Shown here piece after piece: positions 11,973 through 32,000 of a stretch of DNA of 56,111 nt. Both the position numbers and the translations under genes were made by a program. The notes beneath the pieces were generated by a model. That model was not told the DNA's origin, made no database searches, and was given only the letters and a program-made list of their open reading frames with translations. Within the stretch, counting starts at the first letter, position 1. Each line of letters starts with the position of its first letter. The DNA is from Azolla caroliniana (lineage: Eukaryota > Plantae > Polypodiophyta), in the NCBI GenBank assembly GCA_043228905.1, contig JBHGNT010000192.1:1-56111 (forward strand), read 5' to 3'.

Positions 11973-13878
11973 CAAGGCAGGAATTTGACGGGTGTCATGC
12001 TCATCTAAGGCCATTTTGCCCGTCAAAAACATACACCCAATAAAAATGTCCGTCAAGTGAAATATAAACTTGCCATTTTCATTTTTCCTGCGAAAGGCGC
12101 CCAAAAATTATACATGTCAAATGACATGCTAAAAATTTAATTTCCATGTCATGTGTGTGTGTGTGTGTGTGTGTGTGTATAGTGTTGGGCAAAGGTTGAA
12201 TTGGGAGTCGGGACTTTTGCCGGCCAATGACAACCATTATGGATAGCCGGAATCGATTCCGGCAGTATTTCTGACCAACTGGAATCTAGTCGGATGAGCT
12301 AGCTATTTCTATAGTATAGGAAAATATTTATATTGTATATTTCTTCCAATGTTTCATTCCCAAATTCCCCCCTCTTTCTATTTCCCCCCTGTTTTCTCTT
12401 TTCTTGCTTCCTTCTTCACGCGTTGCTCGTTGCTTTCCTTCATCGCTACTCCCTGTTCCTTGGTTGTTACCCATTTCTCCCGGCTCGCTCACTACTCGTT
12501 GCTCCCTGTCACTTCTCGATGATTGCACGACATCTATTGTTTGCCATTACACCACTCTGAAGTATGTATTTTGTCTCTTTTTTTCTCTTTCTCTCTATTT
12601 TCTTTGTTTTTCTCTTTTATTGAATCTTTTTTCTTTGAAGATTGCTCATGAGAAGCGTGTATGACAAAGTGGAATGCATTTTCTTTTATTCCCACAAAAA
12701 TCAACAATAGGATAAGGACTAACCAATTATAGTGATTAGTTACATATGTTTGTCCAATATGGACTTATTGAAAGCCATAGAAAGCATGGAGGAGGTGAGA
12801 TATGTTTGATTGTTGATTGGTTGAACCCATAGATATCAAGGAGCATGGTTGTGATGAGGTTATTAAGTTTGATTGTTGATTGGATGAACTATTAATATGC
12901 ACAAGTGATGCTAGAGGAATTTTAGGATACTCTAGGAAGATTTTTAAAATTTTAAAATTTTCATGCACTTTCTAAATTGGAGGTTAATTTGGTCTATTGA
13001 ATCTTAATATTGGGGATATTTTCATTCTTAAAATTAGTGATCAGATTTTTTGTATTTACTATATTGTATGTTATAAGTCATCGAGTACAATAAGCATATC
13101 TTATTGTCACACATCACACATCATACAAGTACATATTGTATTGTATGAGTTAACAAAACTTTGATAGAGAACAAATATCTTGTAGATGGTATGCTCATTT
13201 GGCCATATGAGCTTAGCGAAGAGGCTTATGCCACTAATGCACAAGTAGTTGGGAACAATATGTACATGAGCATGCATGCAGGGAAATTTATATGCAATAT
13301 CCAAAATTCTTAGGTTATGCATGTAAATTGAAGAAGGCATTGTATGTATTACCAACAACGAACATCAAGTGCTTAATTACGCATGGATTTGAAATATCGA
13401 AGTTTGTGTATATGTTAGTTAGTACAATGGAATCATTCTCATTGTGAATTATGCGGATGTTTATATCCTTGAATGCTCAAGAGACATCAAACATTTGTTG
13501 GAGGGATATATTTAACCTTTGGTTTGAAGAAAAAGAGAGAAGGATAGTATCATTGAAGTAGACACATATTGCACAATGCTTAATATGAGGAGTCACGGTA
13601 TGACAAACATTTTTTGTATTTTTTGGACTTTAAGAAACATATGATGATTAAGTATTCAATTTGTATGATTTCATTATCTTTGTCGGGTAGTTATGTTTAT
13701 TTGTGTATTTTCTATAGTAATAAAATGTATAATAATGAAGCATCATATAGAGCTTTTCATTATTAAAACTTGTACGCCAAATGACATATTAGTTTTTGCA
13801 CTCTCATGTCATATGACATACATCTTTAAAAAATGCCCGTCAAAAACTTAAAGACTAACCCGTCAAATTCAGGCCCTG
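11973..13878. mobile_element. Non-autonomous TIR DNA transposon with hAT-like termini
   Basis: Left end CAAGGCAGGAATTTGACGGGT; right end reverse complement CAGGGCCTGAATTTGACGGGT. Subterminal CCGTCAA and TGTCA..TGACA motifs at both ends. Flanking repeats CATTAGCAC and CGTTAGCAC. Confidence 0.8.
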
Positions 13879-16800
13879 CGTTAGCACCTCTTTGTCTTAT
13901 GTTGTTGTCAAAATTGTCTTTGTATGCTTGAAAAATGCGACCATTCATATAAAGCTATTTATTATGGATGTCATCACGTTCTCTTTGTCCTAATCTGAGA
14001 GTAAGAAATGAACCCATTATGCCCCAAAGTAATTCCTCTAACATCACGCTTGCCTCTTAGTATTTCCGAGTAGGTGGTCCATTTTTGTTAATATTTCACA
14101 AATACTCGAAGAGATTGTTCATGCCTTCCTTATGTTTTTCCCCATTAACCATTTTGGTCGTGCCCTTTAACATATAAATGATTCTCTCCACCCAAAACAT
14201 CCGTAAGGTTTTAACTACATTTGCAAGTTCATATATTGTTAATGAAGTGGAAAAAGTACTTAGATATCAAAGAAAGATAGTAGTGATTCTTTCTCCATTA
14301 AACTTGTAAGCTAAATAATTTTCCTCTTTTTTGCGGTATTTCATGCAAAGATACTTCTTTTAAGGAAACTTAACTTCCAATGTGTTTTCATATCACAAAT
14401 TGAAAATATCAAACAATCTTGATTGCATTGACTGCAACTTTTATAGATTAACATGCTTGAACTACAAGTCAATGTTTATCGTACTCTTTTACCTCTTGAT
14501 CTTTGGCAAAAATTGTGGATCTTACCATATTGTCGTTGAGATAAACATCCACCTTTTCTTCTTACAAGGGCAACCAATTTTCTTTTGTCCTTGAAACTGT
14601 TTAATGAAGCACCCTTCTTTATTGAATCATACTTGCATTTTTCTTGCTCCATGATTTTTCCAATGAAGCTCACCAACATGTAATAGAACAATTTTCCTCA
14701 ATGTGGTGGTGCTTGGTACAATACCAACATTCCGGTTAGTTTTCTCTTATGTTAAAACTCCCCCTTCATCTAGAGTTTCCTCATTGGCCCTTGCCATCAT
14801 GAAGTTACATGACGTCACTCTCATGACATGTTTGGGAGTTCACACTTTGTTGATGGTACTCATTGTCGCCGTATATCCCAATTCCCTACTTGTTTTCTCA
14901 TTCACGGTCACAATTGAGATTTGAGTGTGTAAAGCATTTGGCCTTCAAAGGCTAGGCTCTTTGTGTGGGCATGGTTTGTTTCTACCAAGAAGACTGATTG
15001 GAGGTCAAAGAATGATGACCACTTTTTTGTCATAAGGATAATGATTCTTAATGCACTGAACCATTGTGAGAGGCCACAACCTCATATTTCCACATTTTTT
15101 CCCTTATTGACCCCGCACAAAGATGGAGACAAGAGAATCACGCAAAAAAATAATTTTTACGGTATACACATTGATGAGCTTGCCCTATGGATGAATGCAA
15201 TTCAACCTAATATGCGGTTGCTCTGACAACAAAAATCTTTTCTGGATTTTCCCACACTTCTTTTAGCTTCTTGATAATATCCTTCACGTAGTTGAACATG
15301 TGTGCTTGGATATAAGTTATGAGGCAATACATGACATGCCTAGCTTCTTGTTGAACACTTAGATAATTGACATCAACTATGCCAGTTGACATCATTTCGA
15401 GTTCCCTTTGGATGTATTCCCAATAGTTTGGTTCAACAAGGTATTGATCCATCTTGGACAAGATTATTGCCACATGTTTCCCTAGGGAGAGAGTTTCCCA
15501 TTTGTTGATTTATCTTGCTTGAAATGATTTTATATTCTCTTTATTCCTATTTAAACTGTGTCGCTTTCTAAAAATATATTATTGATATTACAAATACATT
15601 CATTCATCATTTTCTTACCGAAGGATCTTTAAATTATTCTAAACATAGGTGTCAGGTTTTAATCAAATATACACGTCTCAAGCACACATATGCTACACAT
15701 GTGAACATCTCAAGGTTTCCCCAAAGCAGTTGTTCAAGAGCAAAATTTAATCATAAATTATGAGATACTATTTTTTTTCCAAAAAAGAATATACTCCATA
15801 ATTTAGTTAAATATGTCCTTTTGTAAACTTTAGTCCTTGCCTAAATTATCCTAACATTCTCAACTATTATATACCCTATGTTGGTTGTACAAAAGCTCGT
15901 CACCGACCTCTACTTACATCTCGGCGACATCTCATATTTATCTTACAATTTCATATATGTCTCTAACCGATCTACACCGGGTTATATCTATTTATTAATT
16001 ATCCACCCACTTTCCATACACATCACCTGCATTCCATAGCCCACATGTCTATTCTCTATGTATCTCATCTCATTCACGCCCCTCTTTCAACTAATGGGAG
16101 GGGGGAACAATTATCTGGGTACCACGTATTACCGTTGTATATCCATTCCATTTTTTGCAACCATCGATGTAGTACACTAACGTTTTCGGAAATGCAGCCT
16201 CATTTAATTTAGTTCTCAAGCATCATTAGTTCCATCAATCCACTCATACTACGCCCTCAATCTAGTTATCAGTGTGTGCCATGTTAGCTTAATAGATTTA
16301 GTAGGAGGCCGTTTGTTTGCGGAAAATACCCTAGTACATCTTGTTGTCCATATGCACCATACGACAATGGGTGCAAGGTGCATCCATAGATATCCAATTT
16401 TTTGCTTCTCTGCAATAACTATAGGTACCCCGGTATCAGTGATTAGCCGAATAGTTCCATTCTCCCCTCTGTACATTACTTTGCATGTCTATCATATTTC
16501 TCCACGTCATCATCAAGACAGTTTCGGCAAGCATGTCCCCATTTGAGGGTAAATGAGCTAGAGGCATGTCATAACAATCGTAATGCCATTCCCCATATAG
16601 CAATTGCCTCGCGACATTCCCATAGACAATAGGGAATGCTTTCCAACTGTCCACATGCACTACGTCTGGGGGTCTACATTGGGGCCTTTGCCCCACGTCC
16701 CTACCGGAAGGCTCTATGCACAATAAGCCATAAGCATATCATTATCTTGTGATCATCATCGTCATGTCATATCATTTTCCAGAATTTATCTAATCACCTT

Positions 16801-17705
16801 TCACTAATGCCCTCATGTATCCAATATTTTTGTGTTGCAATCTCGTTGTATTCTTGTTCTAGAATAATTTGCCTCTTGATTTTTGTGTTGTACCTGAGAA
16901 ACTGAACCAACTTTGCACCCCCAGTTCGTCCTTGAGTTCTCCAGAAATACATCGTTGGGTCCCATGATAGCTAATCTGAATGCCCTTCTATTGGCCAGTA
17001 CACTATAATTGTCAATGTGATCTCACTCGACTTGGGGTCAATCATCATATCCTTTCCATTTTTGCAATTAGTGTGATCGTGTTTCAGTTTGATAGGTTGG
17101 TTGCTCGTATATTGTCATTCCATGTTCTATTTTGTAGCAATATGCTTCATTAGATCCTGTATTCATTCCCTTAATTCCACAGTGCTTAATTTCTATCATC
17201 TATAAGTCTCGTCCATTCAATTTTGGGGGTCATTATATCTTCATCTTCCAAGGCCATATGTAATTCTCTTGAGCATGGCTTTACCCTTGCTTCTCCTCCA
17301 TATCCTAGCCTTTTGAGTGACCACATCATTAGATAGAAATCTCTTCCAGTTCACTTACGCATTCCCTTGGATATTGATTAAGTTGTCCCATTTGAAGCCT
17401 GCTTTTTGTCATATCATCAACCCATCCACATCTTTGATCAGTGGGTTCCACACAATTGGCATGTACATCCGGGCATATGCATCATTCCTCCACCTGCATG
17501 TGATCCCCTTTCTAATTCCTTGCTACGCCTTCATAATTCCAGCAACACATATACTTTGCATTTTTGGCCAAAATCCCGAAAAGGGCTATATGGCCAGCTT
17601 CCACCTTGTCTCGACAACAACATCTTCCATTTGCGTCTCCATAGAATTTTCCAAGGTGCCTCAGGTGGTTGCAAGCTCTTGTCTACCAATTTGGTTTCCC
17701 AACAA

Positions 17706-18075
17706 TGTCATAGACATATGCCACGAAGGAAGGTAGGGATTGAACCCAAGAACTCATGGTCTCTATTGGGCAACCCTACCAATTGAGCTACATATACACC
17801 CTTATATCAATCCAACTTCATATAGTGTAGATTGAACATTGGAAGTTTCTAGCTTGCACACATTCTCATGCATTCTCTATTGCATGCATCCTCATGCATT
17901 CTCTATTTCTAGTTGGCTTACATAGCCCTTCTTGTATAAATACTCAGGTGCACCTTGATTCTAATCAAGGTGAACTACACCAGTTACGGATTCTATAAGT
18001 TGAGTTCTTGTTCTTTTCCTCTCTCTTGTGTTCTAGTCTTGTCTTTGCTTTGCTCTATTATACTTGTCCGTGACA
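17706..18075 (+). mobile_element. Solo LTR (370 bp) containing a tRNA-like segment
   Basis: Termini TGTCATAGACA...TGTCCGTGACA. TSD AACAA at 17701-17705 and 18076-18080. TATAAATA at 17935, then a CT-rich tract. Confidence 0.85.
17725..17797 (-). other. tRNA-derived (Pol III A-box/B-box) segment within the LTR; not a functional tRNA
   Basis: TAGCTCAATTGGTAG and GGTTCAATCCC, with T8 to T54 exactly 46 nt apart. The D-arm pairs; acceptor and anticodon stems are degenerate. Confidence 0.75.
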
Positions 18076-18959
18076 AACAAGGCCTTCACTTGCACCACTG
18101 GATCTATCAATCCCACCCAGCCTTCATTTTTGCCTTTTATTAAATCATGAGATACTTGTGTGATCGATTGAATCAAGAATTATATCTCGTAGATTAGTTT
18201 AATGAATATAGGTTCTATGAGGTCGAAGAAGATAATGATGAAGAATGCAAGAATGACGTTGATCACCATGATGTTATCGTTGATAATGAGGTTATAGAAT
18301 TCAAAGGCCAAATAATGAATGATCAATTCAATCTCAATCACAATTTCTCAAGCATCAAACTTGAGGCCACTTTCGATGCTAATGCTAAAGGTGAATGACA
18401 TGATAGAAATTATGTGTAGAAATGACAACCAAAAGGTTTCTTCAAAACTAGTGGTAACAAACTTGTTATTTCCACAACCCCTCAAAAACTAGTCCATAAA
18501 ATTCATCATTAACTCATAGCTCACCAACAAATGCTAGAATTTCCAGCTTATTATTATTTGTAAGTGCTCAAATTATCAACATTTGTGAAAGATTTGAATG
18601 GTTGTCCCTCATAATTTTCAACATAAGTGTTGGAAATTCAACGAGTTTCAATAATGAAGAGACAAAGGTTTTGTGTAAAAGATTTGAATGTAGGTGACCC
18701 TTGTGTCCCAAGTGACCCCTAATAGATTTATCCTTAATTTTTCTATTTGAGGGCTTCCATCTTTATGTATGATATATAGTTTTGACTTTAGACTTTAAGC
18801 ACATGATTGATGTGTTGTAAGGTTTTAGTGTATTATTTGTGGTTTTTAGGTATGATTGCATGTTAAAATTATGTTTTCAAATCAAATGTTTATATTTACA
18901 TACCATTGAGGATCTTACTCCTAGTAGTTTTCTCTCGACCAACCCTCGAATAATTGAGA

Positions 18960-20640
18960 GTTAGTATGTATGATTCAAGTTTCTAAATACTTTGTTCCAA
19001 GGATGTTGAATTAATATTCAAGTTTAGGATTCTAGTTTGATCTTCCAATTGAGGATTTGGGATTTTCACTAGTCTTTAGGTAATTAAGTTCCTCGGTCTT
19101 AAATCGTTTGACCTTTGGCCATGTGGGTTGGTTTTCTAGATTAGGATTGAAGATTTAGACTAGTCTTCGATTTAGGATTCCAACTTGCCTTTCGTTTTTA
19201 TGCATATGATTTCGGTTTTTGCCATTTATGTATTTGATAATGTTTTGGCATGTGGACTTCGTTCCGATTTAGAATTCAAAGTTCATTTTTTGGGTTTAGT
19301 ATATAGGATTCCAATTGTTCCTCATTTAGGAATTTGATCGGCATCTGTTTACTTATATGATTTAGGCTTTTTGTTTTCAGGTGTTTGACAATATTTTGGG
19401 TTTGTAGCAATGGTTTTGAGTTTTAAGATTCTAGGTTGGTCTTTAGGTTTAGCATTCAAGATACCAACAATTCCCAGGGTCAAGTTTTTGGTTGGCTTTA
19501 AAAAAAAAAAACTACTTACACATTAGTTAGCAAACGAATTACAACAAAGTTCAAGTAGGAAGATCCACATGGGCTAACACCTTAGAGGGATCAACATATA
19601 CAACTCAGTGGGTCAACACTAAAACCATAAAAAAATTAACAAAACTCATGTTGCCCTCCCCCCCACAAATCCGGTAATAATCCCCACCCCCTCTTTTTTT
19701 TTTATCTCACCTCTACTTGTTCCACTGCGCTCTTTTATTGGCACAACATTTTAGTTTTATGCATATGATTTGGGATTTGAGTTCTTATATATTTGAATAT
19801 ATTTCATGGTATGTGGACTATATTCGACTTTAAAAAGTTTGGATTCGTAGTTTAGGAATCTTAATTCTAATTTGTCTTTGTTTAGTTTCTTGATTCTAAT
19901 TGGCCTTTGTTTAGAAATCAAGATTCTCGATTCTAACTGGTCTTTGTTTAGAATTCCCACTAGCTTTAATTTTTATGTATATGATTTAGGCTTTTGGTTT
20001 TTATGGCATATGAGTTATTCTTCAAGTTAATGGTTCAAAATTTTGACATATCTTTCGGTTAGGTACAGGGTTTAAAATAGTCTGGTTGTTGAATTAGGAT
20101 TTTGACCTATTTTTCATTTTTTTGTATATCATTGGGTTGTGTTTTGGGCCATATAGATTTGTCTTCCCATTTTGGATTCAAAATTGGTATTCAATTTTAA
20201 GATTTAGAGTTGATCATCAAGTTCACGGTTGAATATTCCATTTGCCTTTTTGTTTTATGTATATGATTTTGTCTTTTGATTTTATGTATTTGATAAATTT
20301 TCAACTATGCAGGTTGGCCTATGGGTTTGGATTTGGGGTTATTCTTTTGGTTAGGATCTGGGACTATGATTGTTCTTGCGTTTCAATTTCAACGAAATTT
20401 CTATTTTTATGAGTATGATATTTGTGCTTTCAATAACCTATCATGATATATGGATTGGTCTTCAATTTCATGTATATGGATTGGTCTTCCGGTTTAAGAT
20501 CTTGGGTTTGCCAAAGTTTGTTCTTTGAGTATGTGGGTTGATCTTCAAGTTTAGGATTTGGGCCAGGTCTTGATCTTGTTTACAATTCAGATTTCAACAA
20601 ATCTTCGGGTTTTGACATTCTTTCAAACTTTAGTTTTGTG
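18960..20640. repeat. Degenerate tandem repeat array, unit roughly 130-215 bp (mostly about 150)
   Basis: TTTTATG(C/T)ATATGATTT-like anchor recurs near 19196, 19351, 19755, 19971, 20121, 20253 and 20404, with TTAGGATT sub-repeats. Confidence 0.65.
19497..19745 (-). mobile_element. LINE 3' UTR fragment inserted in the tandem array
   Basis: Shares GTTGTATATGTTGA and TTTGCTAACTAATG...AAGTAG with the 3' end of the LINE at 11580-11660. Confidence 0.7.
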
Positions 20641-20729
20641 TCCAACAATCAAGTAAACAACTACTAGCATTTCTAAGAAGATAATTAACATAAAAGCAAT
20701 TTGGATGATTAAAGAGTTGCAATATTGGG

Positions 20730-21410
20730 TTTTTTTTTTTCCAAAATGAAGCTACTTTCCCATTAGTTAGGAAGGATTATTACATAGAGAGTCTACAAGG
20801 AGACTTATACACACATCGGGGAGTCTTCCTCCGATCAAGTAAAAGAAGATGAGCCTACTTACAATGCCTTGCGGCCTAACTTAATGTAAGAAGCTACCTA
20901 TATCTAAGGCGATGCCCTTCAATGTTGCCTAGTACGAGTCGGCTCTTGGGGCCTACAACGAAGAGAGGGTGGCAGGTGAGTAGGAAACAACCAACGTGGG
21001 GGATGGTAGTTCCACCTCGGGCCACTCCCGCCTTGCATCACCATAGGTGTGTTCCACCATTTCTGCCAAAAGCGCAAACGGGCAGAGACCACGTCGTTGG
21101 AGTGGCTGCAAATCTCTTCCATTTGCCCTCGTAGGCAGCTGATAATCGCGAACCATATGTCCATGATCATTTCCTTCGGGGGCCGTACCGTACCTTGGAA
21201 AACCTTGAGGCAACGCACTTTCCATATATACCACAAAGTGAAACCTGCGATCAACATCCAGATTTCTGGAAACCTAGGGGATGCGGGCTGCAAGCCTCTT
21301 TCGAAACGGATCTTGACGATTTTGCCTCTTGTGCATACATAGCACCAACTATCCGCATTGACGGTGTCTGTCCACCCTTCGACCCCTCCTATATATGGCC
21401 CTTCTTCCAA
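20730..21410 (-). mobile_element. 5'-truncated L1-type LINE 3' end
   Basis: ORF 20919-21410 contains LWYIWKVRCLKVF and RWNYHPPRWLFP. T-tract at 20730-20740. Confidence 0.88.
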
Positions 21411-23444
21411 ACAAAAGTATTTTTGTGTATTTTATTAATTCCTCAAATAGCAAAATGAAGCCTACTTGAGATAATTGTGGCAAAAGCAATTTTATTACAC
21501 ATAAATATTGTGAAAATAAATCTATCATAACTACAAACAAATAGAAAAGTTTGCTTAAAGAGTTCATTAGTTGATATTAATGTGATGTCGTTATGTTTAT
21601 CATCATTATGATATACATTAGTTGTGGTAAATTGAAACAAATTGTTTCTCCCGAATGTAAGACTTTATAGCTCATCCTATCAAACAACTACGGTTAGCAT
21701 TGGAGGAAATATTAGTGTGGCCTTGCCTTGCTCGTTTGATTGCAAAGAAAATATATGACATGAATTGCACATGATATTAATGCGTACTTTTTTTATTATT
21801 ACTGACACTCGAGAAGCTTGACATTTTAATGTAGATCATATAACTTATGGTTTGACCAACATCCCAATGATAAAATGTAAAAGTTTTTGGGTTCAACGCC
21901 AATACTATGTAAAGAATATGTTATATAGTATTGTAAAAAAGGTGTTGCTTTAGAAAAGTAGTAAATAACTAAGGTACAATTTGTTAATGTTTAAAAACGC
22001 CGACAAAATTCATGCAAGCTTTTGAGAATTCTTGGTGTTTTTCTTAAATCTAGAATAGTTTTTGTAAATATTGTGTGAGATCTTAATGACTGGCAAGCAA
22101 GGAATGATATCATTAAAACGTAAATGGAATTATGCATGTTGGATAGTTAAGAAAGTTTAGGATGTGACAATATGAGGATTCTTAATTGTTTGCCTTGGTT
22201 GGCCTTTGGACAAGAAAATATAGCAATTAATTCAGTGGATGTAGAGGAAAAATCACTTTGTAAATTTCAACAATGCAACCTAGAAAGTTAAGTTGTAAAA
22301 AGTTTAAACCTTTGAGGTCATGGATTCATCCCATGGGTAATTAACCTAGTTAGTTGATTACTGCAAGTAGAGATAATCTTACTTGTTCACATCGATTTTG
22401 TCTTAAAATATGGCTTTGGTTAAGAAAGATTAGCACTAATACACTTTGAAGGATGTCAACAATTAAATGTTAGACATGCCAATTGCAAAGTGATACTAGT
22501 TTACCAAAGTTTAAACTTAGATCATGGATAGGGATGGTTTCGGATGTGCTCACAATATAGCTTTACCCAAAGCTTTATTATTTTGCATTGGTGCTAAATT
22601 TACAAATATATTAGGCAATCAATGATAATACATGAATAGATTAATATACAAGAAGTGAAAAGAGAGACAATGCTCGAGATTGGATCACATGATTCCTTTG
22701 AAAACTAGATAGTAGAACATTTCACACCGCCACCCATAATGTCATTTTAAGTCAATAGTTTTAGCTCTAAACTTATCATGAGAAATATCATGCATGGCCC
22801 CTTCCTTGAAGATATTAAAAGTGCAATAAAATATTTGTAGTATGATGCTTTTTATTGTTTTTATTTTTATCGAACAATGATGATTGTTCTAATTGTACCT
22901 TGAGTCAATTGTTATACAATCCAATAATATCCATGTATATATTGAAGAGGTCATAGGGGAATTGTGGTAGTTAGGGCAACCAACTAACATTGAGATTGGT
23001 AAGCTAGTATACCATGTAAGGTAAGGAGGTATTCATTTCTCATTATGGGACCTTCATTTTTGAAAAGTAACTATCCCAATAGCCCAACTTTAAAATAAAT
23101 TTGAGTAGAAAGGCGAGTAGTTCTAAAAGTTTAACTTCACAATTTAACTTATGGGTTATGATGGTACATTCATTAAAAAAAGATTGCTTGTGCTCAACTG
23201 GAGATCATGTAGCATAAAAACTCATAGAAATGTGGTGTACAAATATGATTGGGTTGTTCTGGAAAGTAAGTCCAAAAATTCTAGATTTTACCAAGTAGTT
23301 ATAGCTATGGATCTAGGTATTCCATACCATAATCATGCAAACACAATACTAAAGTCTATCTACCTTGCCTTTATAAGTGTTCTAATTATAGCCAAATGAA
23401 CACGAGCAAGCAATTCTCTCCATTTGTTTTCATTTCTCTTGAGT

Positions 23445-29989
<6,545 letters not shown>

Positions 29990-30428
29990 CAATTGTGAAT
30001 TAACTTGAAGAAAGTGCATCATTTACTATTTCCTCATGTTAATTATTCCCATCGTTTGACATATATCCATAACCACATTATGTTTTACCAAATTTTATGC
30101 AACTTACATTTTCATACACCATCGATGTATCTTTCTTCCTTACTATAGAAACATTATTGTGTAGAAATTGTAATATAATATGTCTTTTTTATTATATGTC
30201 AACTTCCCTCTTACCAAATATTAATAGTAAGAGTTATTCTTGAGAGTATGGTACTTAAACATATCATCAACACTATTCCATATGACCTTAGCCATGTCCA
30301 AAAAAACCACCGAGAAGTACAAGTTTTCATAAATTTCCCTAATACTCCATTGAAAGATTATTCACATCAACCAAATCACACTAATTGTGTCATGCAATAG
30401 TAGTCCACATGTATACTTAGTAGAATTC

Positions 30429-30778
30429 TTTTTTTCCCCTAAACAAGATATCCTTCCATTAGTTTTAAAAAGCATATCTGCTACAAAATACAACCAATAG
30501 CTCAGCGTTGCTGCTTCCAACAACACCTTTGTTACAAAAGACTTCAAAAGCTTCCTTTAGAGCCTTGTGAAAGAGGGAATGATGTACAAAGCATTACTCA
30601 CATATTGCTGACATTTATCATGCAATTCAAACACATTCCGTACAAATGCTTGGTCTAATCCAGTTACAACATCCTTCTTCTCAGCCTTTTTATTGCTTGT
30701 TGTATCTTCTGCTTGCTTTACTAATGTCATTCCTTCATCGGTGATATGCTTCTTGAAAATGTTTGCATAAGGCTTCCA
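30429..30778 (-). pseudogene. CUL1: Cullin-1 coding fragment joined to a LINE-like 3' tail
   Basis: ANIFKKHITDEGMTLVKQAED...ELHDK, then after a frameshift [29 protein letters not shown], which I recognise as plant CUL1. Confidence 0.85.
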
Positions 30779-31049
30779 AATATTGGCATTGTAAGTGGGT
30801 TCGCTAGTCATTGATATTCCTAGTTGGGATTAGAGGCTATGCTTTAATAGACCTCATCAAGTATCTGAATGGCTCCATACAATCAAACGCATCCCAACTA
30901 AGGCATTTGCATGGATTTCTCTTTTGTAGATACTTCAAAGCGCAATGATGGATTCATGTAGACTATTGGCACGAACCCTCACACATGCCATTACTTCAAA
31001 CATGTGTTATTGGCCTAGTTGGTAACCTAAGTAAAGTAGGCAGGGAGTC

Positions 31050-32000
31050 TAACGAACATTATGCCCCTAATTGTACAAGCAAAGTTTTAGGATACATAAG
31101 TAATAGTGAGGACGCGTCTTTTGGACTGATTTGTAATGGTGTAGTCTGCTTGGACACTTATAGAATATGGCCTGAAGTATGTTGCTCCATCAAGAAGATG
31201 AGCAATTGTTACAAGAGTGTAAGATCTACTAGAGGTGATTGGTGAAACCTTCTCTCTTGCCCAAATTAGAATTCTATGTCTTCTTAATGTCTTGTCGCAC
31301 AGTAGATTGCGCATGTTGAATGATGGTGGGAAATAATTGATTGGGTGATCTTGGATATGGAGGTTAGTATTTGAATGGAGTGGTGACCTTGAGATGAACA
31401 CGCTTATGTTCGTTTGAAAGCTCATTCAATATGCTCATGATGCACATTGGGTCTTTTTGTCCAATCATCACAATTTCTCTCAACCAAACTTTATAAAAAT
31501 CCCCCTATAGGATCTTCTTTGTAGCTTCAACGAAACCATTTCTATGTGTGTAGTGCTTTTTCTCTTGTTTATGCGCCAAGGCATAATGACCTTTGATGTT
31601 TGTGACAATGTGATTAACAAAGTGATAGCCTTGGTCATTCACCCTCAAATTTGGGCAGTCCAAGCAACACAATATATGTTTGTAAAGGAGTTGGTTGCAA
31701 TGTTCGTCACAAAGTGCCTTCACTTTGACCCATTTTGTGCAAAATTGAGGCCCCATTTAAAAAATGGTTCAAATGGCCCAAATCTTATGCATCAAAGTCA
31801 CTTTTATAGCCCACTTGTCTACAATCTTATAATGTAGGTATGCATCCTTTTGAACTTTGGATCACCATAAGCTACTTTGCCATATTTATCATGTGAGCGC
31901 TGTCATTCTTAACATAGTGGCCGCTAGATTTGCCACCCTGTGCCTTTGGGATAATGTAGTTTTGATCGCATTTGAGGATGCCATTACTATGTCATAGCAC
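31050..32000 (-). pseudogene. Degenerate Ty3/gypsy integrase remnant
   Basis: TKWVKVKAL, CP...NDQGYHFVN and NGFVEATKKIL (DDE core), followed by an RPYSI GPY-like motif. Confidence 0.7.

Larger units (their letters stand above)
15770..18140 (-). mobile_element. 5'-truncated L1-type LINE interrupted by a solo LTR
   Basis: WCIWTTRCTRVF and LSWDPTMYFW motifs. T-tract at 15771. 16-bp TSD TAAATTATGAGATACT (15754-15769) and TAAATCATGAGATACT (18141-18156). Confidence 0.85.

Noticed and set aside
13960-15500. Possible minus-strand hAT transposase relic (PSTTT...FYYML, PHI)
   Set aside because: Motifs are too decayed and no termini were found; needs tblastn.
17725-17797. Functional tRNA gene
   Set aside because: Acceptor and anticodon stems do not pair; only the D/T-arm promoter boxes remain.
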